This document shows, piece after piece, positions 1 to 9,966 of a DNA stretch of 64,000 bases (position 1 is its first letter; each line of letters starts with the position of its first letter). A program made the translations under genes and the position numbers. Origin of the DNA: a virus; IMG/VR virus record IMGVR_UViG_3300009506_000016, positions 1 through 64,000 of that record. One strand, given 5' to 3'. A model generated the notes under the pieces. That model was given only the letters and a program-made list of their open reading frames with translations, was not told where the DNA came from and made no database searches.

Positions 1-663
1 TACGAGAAACCACGTAATCACTGGAAATGGATGCAAGAGAATGTTTCCATTCCCCTGTATTTGCTTATGGAGCGCCAGGAAGTCCCAATGGGAATTAGAT
101 ATCCCATTGAGGATGTGATGGCTATGCTTCCACAAGCAAGGCGGAAAAAGGTGTTCTCGAGTTCGTTTGACTATCTCATGGGTCTTGCGATCTATGAGGG
201 ATTTGAACAAATTGAATGCTACGGTTTTGAGATGGGTTCGGACACCGAGTATAGGTATCAACGAGAGGGTGCGGCTTATTGGATTGGTTATTGCGATGCG
301 AAAGGGATTGAATTAATTCTTCCAGAAAATACCGCATTGCTACGAAACAAGATGTACGGCTACCAGGGAGGTAGCATGATTTATCGTCAAGATATTGAAC
401 GGTTGAAACAGGCTCGACAACAGCAGAAAGTTGAGGCTCATGCTCGTCTTTCTTACTTCGAGGGACAGATGAAACTCGCGGTTGAAAAATATGGTGAGAA
501 TAGCCAGGAAGCGCAAGACATTGCTAAGAAATGGCAGGACCAATATGAGCTAACACTGGTTATTCACGGCGCACTTCAAGAGAATGAATATTTGCTTAAA
601 GAGATCGATCTAGAAGAACCGTCCGAGGAACTTACCAATCCGATGATGAGAATTCCCGTATAG
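1..663 (+). CDS. 5'-partial phage protein with sialyltransferase/MAF-like (GT29-related) signature and C-terminal coiled coil
   Basis: Frame is open from base 1. The motif FSSSFDYLMGLAIYEGFEQIECYGFEM..EY.YQR resembles the 'I.LYGFD' region of GT29/MAF-fold proteins. Confidence 0.45.
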   Translation, partial: YEKPRNHWKWMQENVSIPLYLLMERQEVPMGIRYPIEDVMAMLPQARRKKVFSSSFDYLMGLAIYEGFEQIECYGFEMGSDTEYRYQREGAAYWIGYCDAKGIELILPENTALLRNKMYGYQGGSMIYRQDIERLKQARQQQKVEAHARLSYFEGQMKLAVEKYGENSQEAQDIAKKWQDQYELTLVIHGALQENEYLLKEIDLEEPSEELTNPMMRIPV

Positions 664-710
664 AGGAATGAGGATTGAAATATAGCAGAGTACCATGATA
701 GGAGTGAGTA

Positions 711-1055
711 ATGTTCTGGCGTGTTTATTATGGAGATGGCACAACCTTTAGCAACGAGGATGGCTTTGTATACAATGTGCCTACTCGTAATGTTCAGGTT
801 ATTGTTCAGCACTCCAAAGAACACGGCATAGAACTAATCTCAAGCACAGACTATTATATTTGGAATAACAATCGCTGGTATGGTGTTGATCAGTTTGGAT
901 TATATGATTACTTAATAGATCCTGGATGGAAACGTGTTCTCTTTGGTCGTATGCTCACTAAAGAGGAATATAATGCGATCTGGAGTCTGGTTTCGGAAGA
1001 AGCCAAAGAAGAAAAAACCGCATTCGAAAAATGGGAACGGAGGCCGAATGAGTAA
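711..1055 (+). CDS. hypothetical protein
   Basis: 114-aa ORF with SD (AGGAG) upstream; overlaps the next start. Confidence 0.7.
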   Translation: MFWRVYYGDGTTFSNEDGFVYNVPTRNVQVIVQHSKEHGIELISSTDYYIWNNNRWYGVDQFGLYDYLIDPGWKRVLFGRMLTKEEYNAIWSLVSEEAKEEKTAFEKWERRPNE

Positions 1056-1350
1056 GTATATCTATATTTCTTGTTTGGGTGTCCGTTTGGATGATAACGA
1101 CAACCGTATCACCTTGACATGGATAGGTCCAGATGAAATCGAGCGTACTTATTCGGTAAGACAAAATATACTGGATCAGTATACAACTGCCGAAGAATTG
1201 AAAGCCGCAATTGATCTATGGACACAAGTGAATTTGGGATATACCCTTGATGATCTGTTTATCCATCTAAATAGGGATGGTACTTTCGCGCTTGCTACAG
1301 GCGCATTACTGGATGTGTGGCCCGAAGATATGCCCGCCGAGGGAGTGTAA
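1048..1350 (+). CDS. hypothetical protein (start re-assigned to MSKYIY)
   Basis: GGAGG SD 4 nt before ATG 1048; same frame as track ORF 934..1350. Confidence 0.7.
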   Translation: MSKYIYISCLGVRLDDNDNRITLTWIGPDEIERTYSVRQNILDQYTTAEELKAAIDLWTQVNLGYTLDDLFIHLNRDGTFALATGALLDVWPEDMPAEGV

Positions 1351-1353
1351 AGC

Positions 1354-4300
1354 ATGGGTGCGGCTGTTACTAATCAAAACACCTTCCGGTTCAGGGAAGA
1401 TGATGGTAATGAAACTGGTGCATCGTGGATTGATGCACAGGGGAGTAACATCAATCGCGGAACTGGAACGGCCAATAAGTTTCGCGTTCGCAATCTTGTT
1501 CAAGAAACAAATAACGGTGCGGCCAACGTTCCTTGGCCTCTGTGGGCAAGCTATAATGGCGGCTCTTATTTCGTTGTAACCACCACAAGCTCATACGTTC
1601 AATCTGTTGCGCAAGTGGAACAGTAACCGATGACACGCTTACTACTGCTCAACTCACATTTTCTGGATCGTTTGTTCAAGGGAGATTTGACAGCAACGGG
1701 GCGATGGAAAACAATACCATCCTCAAATCCCAATATTCGGAGATGGAGTATTGTGTTTTCATTGTTAACGATGATGTAAATAACGGCGACACTATTGACT
1801 TCCGTACATACGAGACAGTAACGGCACCCGCAGATTCATATACCGCAACTGGCAGAGTCACAGTAACAAAAGCCGCATCCAGCAATCTTACAGTAGACGA
1901 TGCCTACGTAACTACGCAAGTTGATCCAGTCTCAACAACGAAGTCAGATACGCTCGTTATCGCAGACGCATCGATAGAACCGAATGCAGATAACGTTATA
2001 ACCACCAAATCGGACACATTAGTAATCGCTGATGCCAGCGTTGAAACGCAAGTAGACGCTCCTACAATAACCGAGATTGGTGGTGCGGTTGACCTTACTG
2101 TTGACGATGCGTATGTGACTACTCAAGTGGATGCGGTTCAGACAACGAAGTCCGACACTCTTGTTGTCGATGATGTTTATGTAGAAACTCAAACTGATAA
2201 TATAACAATTACAAAGTCTGATACTTTATCTGTTGCAGATTTATATGCTACTACTCAAATGGACTCCCCAACCCTTATTGCTCCACAAGGGATAATAATT
2301 GAAATCCATCTTGAAGAGGATCTTTCGGAATTTACCAGTACTGTCACAGATGGGGGTGATTTATATTGGTCTGCTGATGCTGCACTCGCTGGTTCTTCTG
2401 GCGGCATGGCATGTTTTATTGATGATAACACGGAAATTTATGGCGTAAATAGCTTTACTGAAATATCCTCCGGTATTTGGCGCACTAGATTTTATCTTGA
2501 TCCTAATAGTATTGCACTCGAAAATTATAGAGGTGTAGGATTACAGCAATTTCGGTTGTCTGGAAGGCCCATAGCAACAATATATATCGGGAATCCTGGC
2601 GATGGGTCACATTCTATTTTTTCTGGTGTTTATGATGATAATTCGGTTTGGCAAAATACATCTTGGTACGCTATTTCGGATGAGGAACATTATGTCGAGG
2701 TTTTATTTGAGTCGGCTACTGGTGAAGATAGCAATGATGGTATCATAACAATATGGATTGATGGAGTCCAAAAGGGACAAAAAACTGGTCTGGATTTATA
2801 CACCTATGGCAAAATTGATACGTCCAGATTTGGTATTATGAATCCAGGATCATCAAATGGGACTGTCTATCTTGACGAACTAATCGTCAACGATGATGGC
2901 TCAGAGATTGGACCGGTTGGTGGAAGCGGAACAACATTAACCGTAGCCGATGCCTGTGTAACCACGCAAGTTGACGCCGTAAACACAACGAAATCTGACA
3001 CCCTGGCGATAGCGGATTCTTACGTGACAACGCAGATAGATGAATCGGCGGTAGCAGAGGTTGAGCCAAGTCACACAATTATTGAAATTCACCTAGAAGA
3101 AGATTTGAGCGAATTTACATCCACTGTTACAGATGGTGGAGATTTATATTGGTCAGCCGATGCCGCACTCGCTGGCACTTCGGGCGGCATGGCATGTTTA
3201 GTTGATGATACAAATGCCATTTATGGGGAAGCAGTTGTTACACCGGCCAACACCAGTGGAGTTTTACGCTGGCGTGTGTATCTTGATCCTAATTCCCTAA
3301 CAATGGCAGATGGGGATGTGTTCTATATTGCTGGTTTATATAATAGTAGCAGTAATGAGATTTGTGGATTCCAATTACGGTATTACACCGCCGGAGGTTA
3401 TCAAGTACGTGGATTTGTAACAAACGATTCCAATACTCAGACTGTAGTGAATGTATATATCACGGATGCTCCGCATTATATAGAAATGATGGTAACGAGG
3501 TCAGATGGCGGAGACAATGGCGCTTGGAGTTGGTGGATTGATGGAGATGCGCAGACCGGCGCTAGTAATCTTGATAATGATACATTTTTCGCAAATTTCT
3601 CATATATCAGAATCGGAGCAATTGACAAATTAGATACTGGAACGCACGACACATTTTATCTTGATGAATTGATCGTCAACGATGACGGCTCTGAGATTGG
3701 ACCGGTAAGCGGTGGAAATAACTTATCAGTTGATAATGCTTATGTAACTACTCAGGTAGATCCAGTATCTACTACAAAATCAGATACACTGATTGTATCA
3801 GACATATCCGTTGAAACTCAGATTGACAATGTAGCGGTCACGAAATCGGATACCATCTCCATTTCTGATTCAAGTGTTGATACACAGGTCGATCATGTAT
3901 CTACAACAAAGAGTGACACACTCGTTGTTTCTAATGTTTATGTAGAAACTTATGTGGATGCTGTAGAAATAAATAGTGCGCAATTCTTATCTGTTGATGA
4001 TGCTTATATTGAAACACAAGTTGACCAAATATCAATAAGCAAATCAGATACGCTAGTAGTTGCAAATACATATACGGATACGCAAGTTGATGAAGTATCA
4101 ATTACAAAATCCGATACGCTCGTTATCGCCGATGCCTATTCAACGACACAAGTAGACAGTCTAAATCTTTCTGGATCTACAACATTATCTGTCGATAATG
4201 CTTATGTAACAACACAATCTGATAATGTTGAAGTACAAAAGTCAAGCTCTCTATCTGTTGATAATGCTTATGTTGAAACACAAACAGATAATGTGACCGT

Positions 4301-4925
4301 AACTTCGTCAACCACATTGTCGGTTAACAATACCTATGTAACAACTCAAGTAGATGGATTATCGGTAACAAAGTCTGACACGCTGATTATCAGTGATAGT
4401 TACGTTACAACCCAAGTTGATTCTTTTGCTGTTTCGTCACTATCTGGATTAGCGATTGATAATGTTTATGTTATTCCGGCGCTTGATAATCTGGTGGTCG
4501 TTCAACATCAGACTCTCGTAATTGATGATGCTGAACATGGAAATACAACTGATGGCAATCTTGTATTTATTCAATATCAATCGCTTTCAATTGACGAAAC
4601 TGTTCACGACAATTATACAGATGGTCCAATTCTTCCTGTTCAACACCAAACCCTTGTAATTGCGGACACTGAGCATGGACAAGAATCAGAGGATGGATTA
4701 GTATTTATTCAATACCAAACTTTGGCAATTGATGATACCGAACACGCCAATTATACGGATGGTCCGGTACTTATTCCAAAAACACTAACGATTCAGGAAG
4801 CACTTCATGGTCATCTTGTTGATTATATTGTCTTTGATGGATATGATGTAGTTGGAGTGCAAACCAGCAGAAAGTTGTATCTTGGAGCCTATAGAAGAAT
4901 TAGATCGTTTGGTAATAGGATGTAA
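1354..4925 (+). CDS. large repeat-rich virion fibre/decoration protein (~1190 aa), interrupted by a frameshift near 1609-1611
   Basis: ORF 1354..1626 (FRFREDDGNETGASW...) continues naturally in the frame of 1704..4925 from ~1611 (ASGTVTDDTLTTAQLTFSGSFVQGRFD...SEMEY...DFR). Contains Thr/Asp/Val repeats and two beta-sandwich-like domains. Confidence 0.7.
1887..4830 (+). repeat. ~22-aa tandem repeats (consensus L.VdDayveTQVD.v.ttKSDT) in three blocks
   Basis: Many degenerate copies are visible in the translation; C-terminal variants read L.IDD.EH...TDG. Confidence 0.85.
2292..3707 (+). repeat. duplicated ~210-aa domain (2292-2918 and 3078-3707), ConA/LamG-like beta-sandwich
   Basis: Both copies start IIEIHLEEDLSEFTSTVTDGGDLYWSADAALAG and end YLDELIVNDDGSEIGPV; the interiors are divergent. 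Confidence 0.85.
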
Positions 4926-4930
4926 TAAAC

Positions 4931-5437
4931 ATGGCGCTATCATTTAACATAAAATCAATTCCATCAAGATTTTCGCGCTATAAAGCTATATCCGATTCCG
5001 CATTAAGGCATCAGGTCGATTTTAAGATAAAACAGGTTGCAGAAGGTGAGCGCCTTGTAATGTGGAATAAACTTCACGAGCTTACAAGTACATGGAATCA
5101 TTATCCAGGTTTTACATACAAAACAGAAAGAAATGGTGACGAACTCAGAGTCACGGTGAGCACAGATGACGAAATATTTTATTACTTGGATCAAGGAACG
5201 AGCGTAAGATATGCTACAATGACAGATGACTTTGAGCCAAAAACATCTGTTGGATCTCTCAAAAGTAGCAGGGGTGCTGGCGGATTGGCGTATGTAAGCA
5301 CAAAGAACCCACACGAAGGAATTGCCGCACGCAATTTCTTTGGCACACTTGCTGATGAAAGAGAAAAACCGTTTGATGATAATGTTGAAAGAATGATCAA
5401 CAAAGTAATAGATGATTGGTGGAATTCTTTAGGATAG
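4931..5437 (+). CDS. putative neck/tail-completion protein (HK97 gp10-like)
   Basis: Motifs Y.YLDQGT and HEGIAARNFF resemble gp10-like proteins; structural-region context. Confidence 0.5.
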   Translation: MALSFNIKSIPSRFSRYKAISDSALRHQVDFKIKQVAEGERLVMWNKLHELTSTWNHYPGFTYKTERNGDELRVTVSTDDEIFYYLDQGTSVRYATMTDDFEPKTSVGSLKSSRGAGGLAYVSTKNPHEGIAARNFFGTLADEREKPFDDNVERMINKVIDDWWNSLG

Positions 5438-5445
5438 GAGAATAA

Positions 5446-5664
5446 ATGTTATTTCCAGAAGATATTCAGGCGCAATGGCTTTCTGTCATTCGCAGGTTAC
5501 AAAGTAAAGCAAAAAGTGAGGGACTTGCTGTTCTTACTATTAACATTCTGGTTGATCAGAATGGTGTTCCTCAAGCGTGGACAGAACCCGTTCAGACGAA
5601 AATAGAGCCCAAGAACGCATCATCGGCCATTTTATCTCTGTTTACCGGTAAAATATCTCATTGA
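5446..5664 (+). CDS. hypothetical protein
   Basis: 72 aa with a strong AGGAG SD. Confidence 0.7.
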   Translation: MLFPEDIQAQWLSVIRRLQSKAKSEGLAVLTINILVDQNGVPQAWTEPVQTKIEPKNASSAILSLFTGKISH

Positions 5665-5701
5665 ATGGATACACGCACAAGTTTTTATGATATAATCACA
5701 A

Positions 5702-7483
5702 ATGGAGTACAATATGGATCAAGATAGTACAGAACAAAAATCCATGAATGAAGAACTCAGTAGCATGTATCGAGACATTGTAGATAATTGGGGAATCACT
5801 TCATTCTCCGATCTCGAAAATGTAGATCGATCAGAAGATGTTATTGACGATCTAATGACTCTGCAAGCCATAGCCGGGATCATGCTTGGTAACATTCGTG
5901 CTTATTCTGACGATAAAATAAGCGCCGTTAGAAAAATGCTAACCGAATATGATAGCATGGCGATGGCATTGCTGGACGAATACGAAAACCGGAGCGATAA
6001 CAAGGAAGAACGAAAAGTTATGTTAGATGAGTTATCAAACCTATTTAATGTATTCAGGTCAAAAGAGAAGAAATACAAGACTGAGGGCGGCGTAAAATAC
6101 AGCGCCAGCGACTATCTTTATGTTGGTGACTCAAGCAAACCTTCGACATGGAAACTTCGTATAGCAGAAGGGAGTTCGGGACATGTAACCATAGCTCAAT
6201 TAGGACGCGCCGCCGCCGCATTTTCAAGTGGCGGATTTCGTGGAAATAAAGTACAACTTCCATCTGGTGAGGCTGGAAAGATAAAGGCTAAACTACGAAG
6301 GTTGTACAAAAAGTTGGGTGCAAAGGATGAAGATATTCCAGAGAGTATTAAAAAAGAGCAACCGTTTATGTTGTTTAAGGATGCACTTGGGAATTGGCGC
6401 TGGTTTGCACGGTACTCAAACAATTATCGGGATAATGATCGACCTGCTGAGATTATTTCAAAACAGTCGCATCTCGATTTTGTAAAAATGGTTGATAGTG
6501 GTCAAGCACCCATGCCGGAACTTTGGCATTGGCACATCCCTGGAAGTAAATGGGGTGAGGCCGATTGGGTTGCTTATGATGAGGACAATGGAATTGCGAT
6601 GGCCGCTGGTTATGTCCTTTCGGGCCACGAGAAAGAAGCTGAGGCTCTTTCTGACCTTATTGATAGCGGCGAATTTGATCTTGGCGTATCTCATGGAATG
6701 CCAAGGCCAACGGTGAAGTATGATAGCGCTGATGACTCGATCATCGTTGCGCATATCACTAAAGAGATCAGCGACTTGCCTCTTTGGGCGGCGGCAAATA
6801 AGCTGACGAGTTTCTCTATATTCAAGGAGAAGGATATGGCTGTAATTTCTGCACAAAAGAAAGAATATCTGAAAGCCGTAGGTTTCTCCGATGAGGCTAT
6901 TGAGGACATTGAGGCCGGTAATAAAGCTCTGGCTGAGTTTGCAAAGCAAGCGGAGATCGAATCGAAAGAAGCGAGTGAAAATGAGAACGATGAAGCTCCC
7001 CAAGTAGATGAAAATCAAGCAGAAGCTGAGGCTCAGGAAAAAGAGCAGGAAACGCCAGCCGAAGATGTTTCAAGCGATGAGACAAAATCTGATGCGGAAG
7101 CCGATGAGCAAAAAGAAGGCGCAACTGTAGCGCTTGTTGGTGCTGTAGAAGTGGCCGATGCAATTGCTCAGGTTTCGAATGCGCTTATGGACGAGATCAA
7201 GTCGTTGAAGTCTCAGATCGATGACCTACGGAAAGAAAGGGATGAAGAAAAGGAAAAGCAATCCGCCACCCCGGATGAATATGTTCCTACTGCATCTCTG
7301 GCGGCAATGATCGCCAAACAACTGAGTGCTGTTGGATCGAAAGAAGCGGCAGTACACAAAAACTCTACTCTGGCTAAGAGTGGTCCTGACGAGACACCCG
7401 TTGAGGACGAAACCAATACCCTCGTGAACACTGGTAACCCTGTCATTGACAGTGTAATCTCCGGTGTGATTGGAAGGAAATAA
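5702..7483 (+). CDS. prohead protease / scaffold fusion
   Basis: Directly upstream of the capsid gene. Central YSNNYRD..AEII / HWHIPG / GVSHG pattern resembles HK97-type (S78-fold) proteases; acidic coiled-coil C-terminus. Confidence 0.7.
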   Translation: MEYNMDQDSTEQKSMNEELSSMYRDIVDNWGITSFSDLENVDRSEDVIDDLMTLQAIAGIMLGNIRAYSDDKISAVRKMLTEYDSMAMALLDEYENRSDNKEERKVMLDELSNLFNVFRSKEKKYKTEGGVKYSASDYLYVGDSSKPSTWKLRIAEGSSGHVTIAQLGRAAAAFSSGGFRGNKVQLPSGEAGKIKAKLRRLYKKLGAKDEDIPESIKKEQPFMLFKDALGNWRWFARYSNNYRDNDRPAEIISKQSHLDFVKMVDSGQAPMPELWHWHIPGSKWGEADWVAYDEDNGIAMAAGYVLSGHEKEAEALSDLIDSGEFDLGVSHGMPRPTVKYDSADDSIIVAHITKEISDLPLWAAANKLTSFSIFKEKDMAVISAQKKEYLKAVGFSDEAIEDIEAGNKALAEFAKQAEIESKEASENENDEAPQVDENQAEAEAQEKEQETPAEDVSSDETKSDAEADEQKEGATVALVGAVEVADAIAQVSNALMDEIKSLKSQIDDLRKERDEEKEKQSATPDEYVPTASLAAMIAKQLSAVGSKEAAVHKNSTLAKSGPDETPVEDETNTLVNTGNPVIDSVISGVIGRK

Positions 7484-7484
7484 A

Positions 7485-8894
7485 ATGAACCCTGATGAAA
7501 TTTTAGCTCAATTGATTGAGGGTCAGAACGCTGTTCTCAAAGAGGCGGCGGATAAACTAAAGACGGTTGGGAACTCACAAACTGCAAACAAGCTGCATGG
7601 CATCAATGGTTTGTGGTCTACTCCGGGCCTGGACCGTGAGGTTATTACTGCTCACGTTCGTCCGCATGGCTTTGCGAGTATGCTACCTGCACTTCCATCC
7701 GTCACGGAAGATCCGCGTTTCGCATCTCTAACCGGGATTACTGAAACAACTGGCACTCAGCCTACCGAGCCTTGTGATGACGCTCCTTATGCGTTTATGA
7801 AAGGCTGTAACCTGACGGCCCGGTTCGGCATTCTCCGTTTCGATACCAATACCATTGACATCTCGCAAACGTTCCGTCAAGTGAACCGCAGTGATTTCAA
7901 GGATCTGGTTTTGCGCGGACGCTTGCTTGGCCTGACTGATCTTCATCCCCAGGAACTGAGTGAATCTCAGGTCTTGGACGTGCTTACAAAAGCCGAAATG
8001 GTGGTTGCTGGCATTAGTGCCGAGCGCGAACTGAGTAAGCAAATGTGGCAAGGTATTACTACGGTTGCCGGGAACTTCCCTGGCCTGGACGTTCAGATTG
8101 CTACCGGGCAGAAAGACGCTGATTCAAGCGTTCTGTGTCCTGCTCTGGACAGTGATATCAAAGACTTCGCTTATGATCTGGTTGGCGGGGATGGGCGCGA
8201 CATTGTTGAGTATCTCTCGATGTTGATGTTCTACCTTGAAAACAATGCTATGACGATGGGTCTTGATCCCGTTAGCTTTGCTATCGTGATGCGCCCTGGC
8301 CTGTGGCAAGAACTAAGCGCGGTTTGGCCGATTGTTTACAATACTAATCGTGCGAACGCCGTTCCTACTGGCGCAACTCTGTTCGTGGATGGCCGGGATA
8401 ATATCTCTGACCGCGATACGATGCGGAGCGGAATGTTCATTGACATCAATGGCAAGCGCTATCCTGTGGTTGTGGATACTGGCATTTATGAGCACAACAA
8501 CATTAATGATGCAAACTTGCTGGCTGGCGAGTACGCATCGAGCATCTATGTTGTTCCTCTGAGCATCACCGGCAATATGCCTGTGACTTATCGTGAGTTC
8601 CTGGATTTCCGGGCTGGTGATAATGATAGCGCTCTCTTGCGCGGCATGAACACTTTCTGGACTGACAGCGGCGTTTACTCATGGGCTGTTGAGAATAACA
8701 AGTGGTGCTACAAGCTGAGTCTGCGGACTGAACAGCGTGTGATTTTGCGCACACCGCAACTGGCCGGTAAGATCCAGCATGTCAAGTATGTGCCTCTGCA
8801 ACACCTACGCGATCCTTATCCTGAATCACCGTACTTCGCTGATGGTGGTGTTAGTCTGCGTGACTACACTTCTGGCGATGCTGTGTGGCTCTAA
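7485..8894 (+). CDS. major capsid protein
   Basis: 469 aa from MNPDEIL. Follows protease/scaffold, has biased codon usage, a 'GNFPGL' motif typical of HK97-fold capsids, and a strong terminator downstream. Confidence 0.8.
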   Translation: MNPDEILAQLIEGQNAVLKEAADKLKTVGNSQTANKLHGINGLWSTPGLDREVITAHVRPHGFASMLPALPSVTEDPRFASLTGITETTGTQPTEPCDDAPYAFMKGCNLTARFGILRFDTNTIDISQTFRQVNRSDFKDLVLRGRLLGLTDLHPQELSESQVLDVLTKAEMVVAGISAERELSKQMWQGITTVAGNFPGLDVQIATGQKDADSSVLCPALDSDIKDFAYDLVGGDGRDIVEYLSMLMFYLENNAMTMGLDPVSFAIVMRPGLWQELSAVWPIVYNTNRANAVPTGATLFVDGRDNISDRDTMRSGMFIDINGKRYPVVVDTGIYEHNNINDANLLAGEYASSIYVVPLSITGNMPVTYREFLDFRAGDNDSALLRGMNTFWTDSGVYSWAVENNKWCYKLSLRTEQRVILRTPQLAGKIQHVKYVPLQHLRDPYPESPYFADGGVSLRDYTSGDAVWL

Positions 8895-8922
8895 TAAGCT
8901 AATCGCAATAACGATTGAAGTG

Positions 8923-8952
8923 AAAAACCCCCTGAGTTATCAGGGGGTTTTT
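8923..8952 (+). terminator. intrinsic terminator after capsid gene
   Basis: AAAAACCCCCTGA-GTTA-TCAGGGGGTTTTT. Confidence 0.85.
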
Positions 8953-9013
8953 ATATGTTAAAAAAGGGTATAATTATCTTATGTTTGTTGTATAATATTA
9001 CATGGGAGAATAA

Positions 9014-9961
9014 ATGAATAAGACTACATTCGATGCTTGTATGGATCACCATACTGGAAAGATAGAAACAACGTGGAAAGACCTAGCAAAGAAATTCGGA
9101 TATACGTCAGGCGAAGCTATTCGATCAGTTTTCAAAAGAGAAAGAACAAAACTTGGGATTATCAAAACCGAGTCTAAACCCTATTGTGGAAAGTATCCGA
9201 GAATAATAGTGTTTGATCTCGAAGTCACACCGATGCTGGTATACACATTTGATCTACGAGATAATTTTATTTCTCCTGATCATGTAGCTGTGGACGGTAA
9301 TCTTATTTGCTGGTCTGCCAAAGAACTCAACGATTCTGAAATGCACAATGACGTGCTTACAATGTCTGAGGCAAAAAGCCAAGATGATAAGCGTATTACT
9401 GCAAGTTTATGGAAATATCTAAACGGGGCAGATATTTTGATAGGGCATAATATAAAAAGTTATGATATCAAATATATGAACTCAAGATTTATATACTACG
9501 GTCTTGCGCCTATTTCTTCTTATCAGTCGATTGACACATTGCTTGAGGCCCGGAAATATTTCAGGTTCACAAGTAACAAACTCAGCTTTATCAACAAGTC
9601 TTTAGGAATAACTGAAAAATTATCCAATGATGGAATGGATCTATGGATCAGGTGCATGAAAGGATTTCCAAAAGCTCTTAGAGATATGCAAGAATATTGT
9701 GATGGTGATATACTGGCAACCGAGGAACTTTACTATCGACTCAGGCCATATATAACCGGCCATCCTAACCTTGGTCTTTATATTGAAACAGAAGATCCGG
9801 TTTGTCCGAATTGTGGATCTGCACAATTGATCGATAATGGATCTTACTATACGAATGCGAATGTTTATAATTCATTAAGGTGTGGACGTTGTGGCGCTTT
9901 GTCTCGCGAGAGGCTTGCGTCAACTCCGCCAGAAACAAAGAAACGACTTCTAAGGAACTAA
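9014..9961 (+). CDS. DEDD 3'-5' exonuclease (RNase H-like/YprB-like) with C-terminal Zn ribbon
   Basis: ExoI FDLEVT, ExoII GHNIKSYD, ExoIII YCDGD; CPNC...CGRC. Confidence 0.85.
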   Translation: MNKTTFDACMDHHTGKIETTWKDLAKKFGYTSGEAIRSVFKRERTKLGIIKTESKPYCGKYPRIIVFDLEVTPMLVYTFDLRDNFISPDHVAVDGNLICWSAKELNDSEMHNDVLTMSEAKSQDDKRITASLWKYLNGADILIGHNIKSYDIKYMNSRFIYYGLAPISSYQSIDTLLEARKYFRFTSNKLSFINKSLGITEKLSNDGMDLWIRCMKGFPKALRDMQEYCDGDILATEELYYRLRPYITGHPNLGLYIETEDPVCPNCGSAQLIDNGSYYTNANVYNSLRCGRCGALSRERLASTPPETKKRLLRN

Positions 9962-9966
9962 TTACA

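Noticed and set aside
2292-3707. Duplicated domain read as a diversity-generating retroelement TR/VR pair
   Set aside because: Differences are not adenine-specific, both copies are coding, and no reverse transcriptase is present in the window.
9014-9961. Exonuclease read as part of a split DNA polymerase
   Set aside because: No polymerase domain is adjacent or elsewhere in the window; it has its own Zn ribbon and appears stand-alone.
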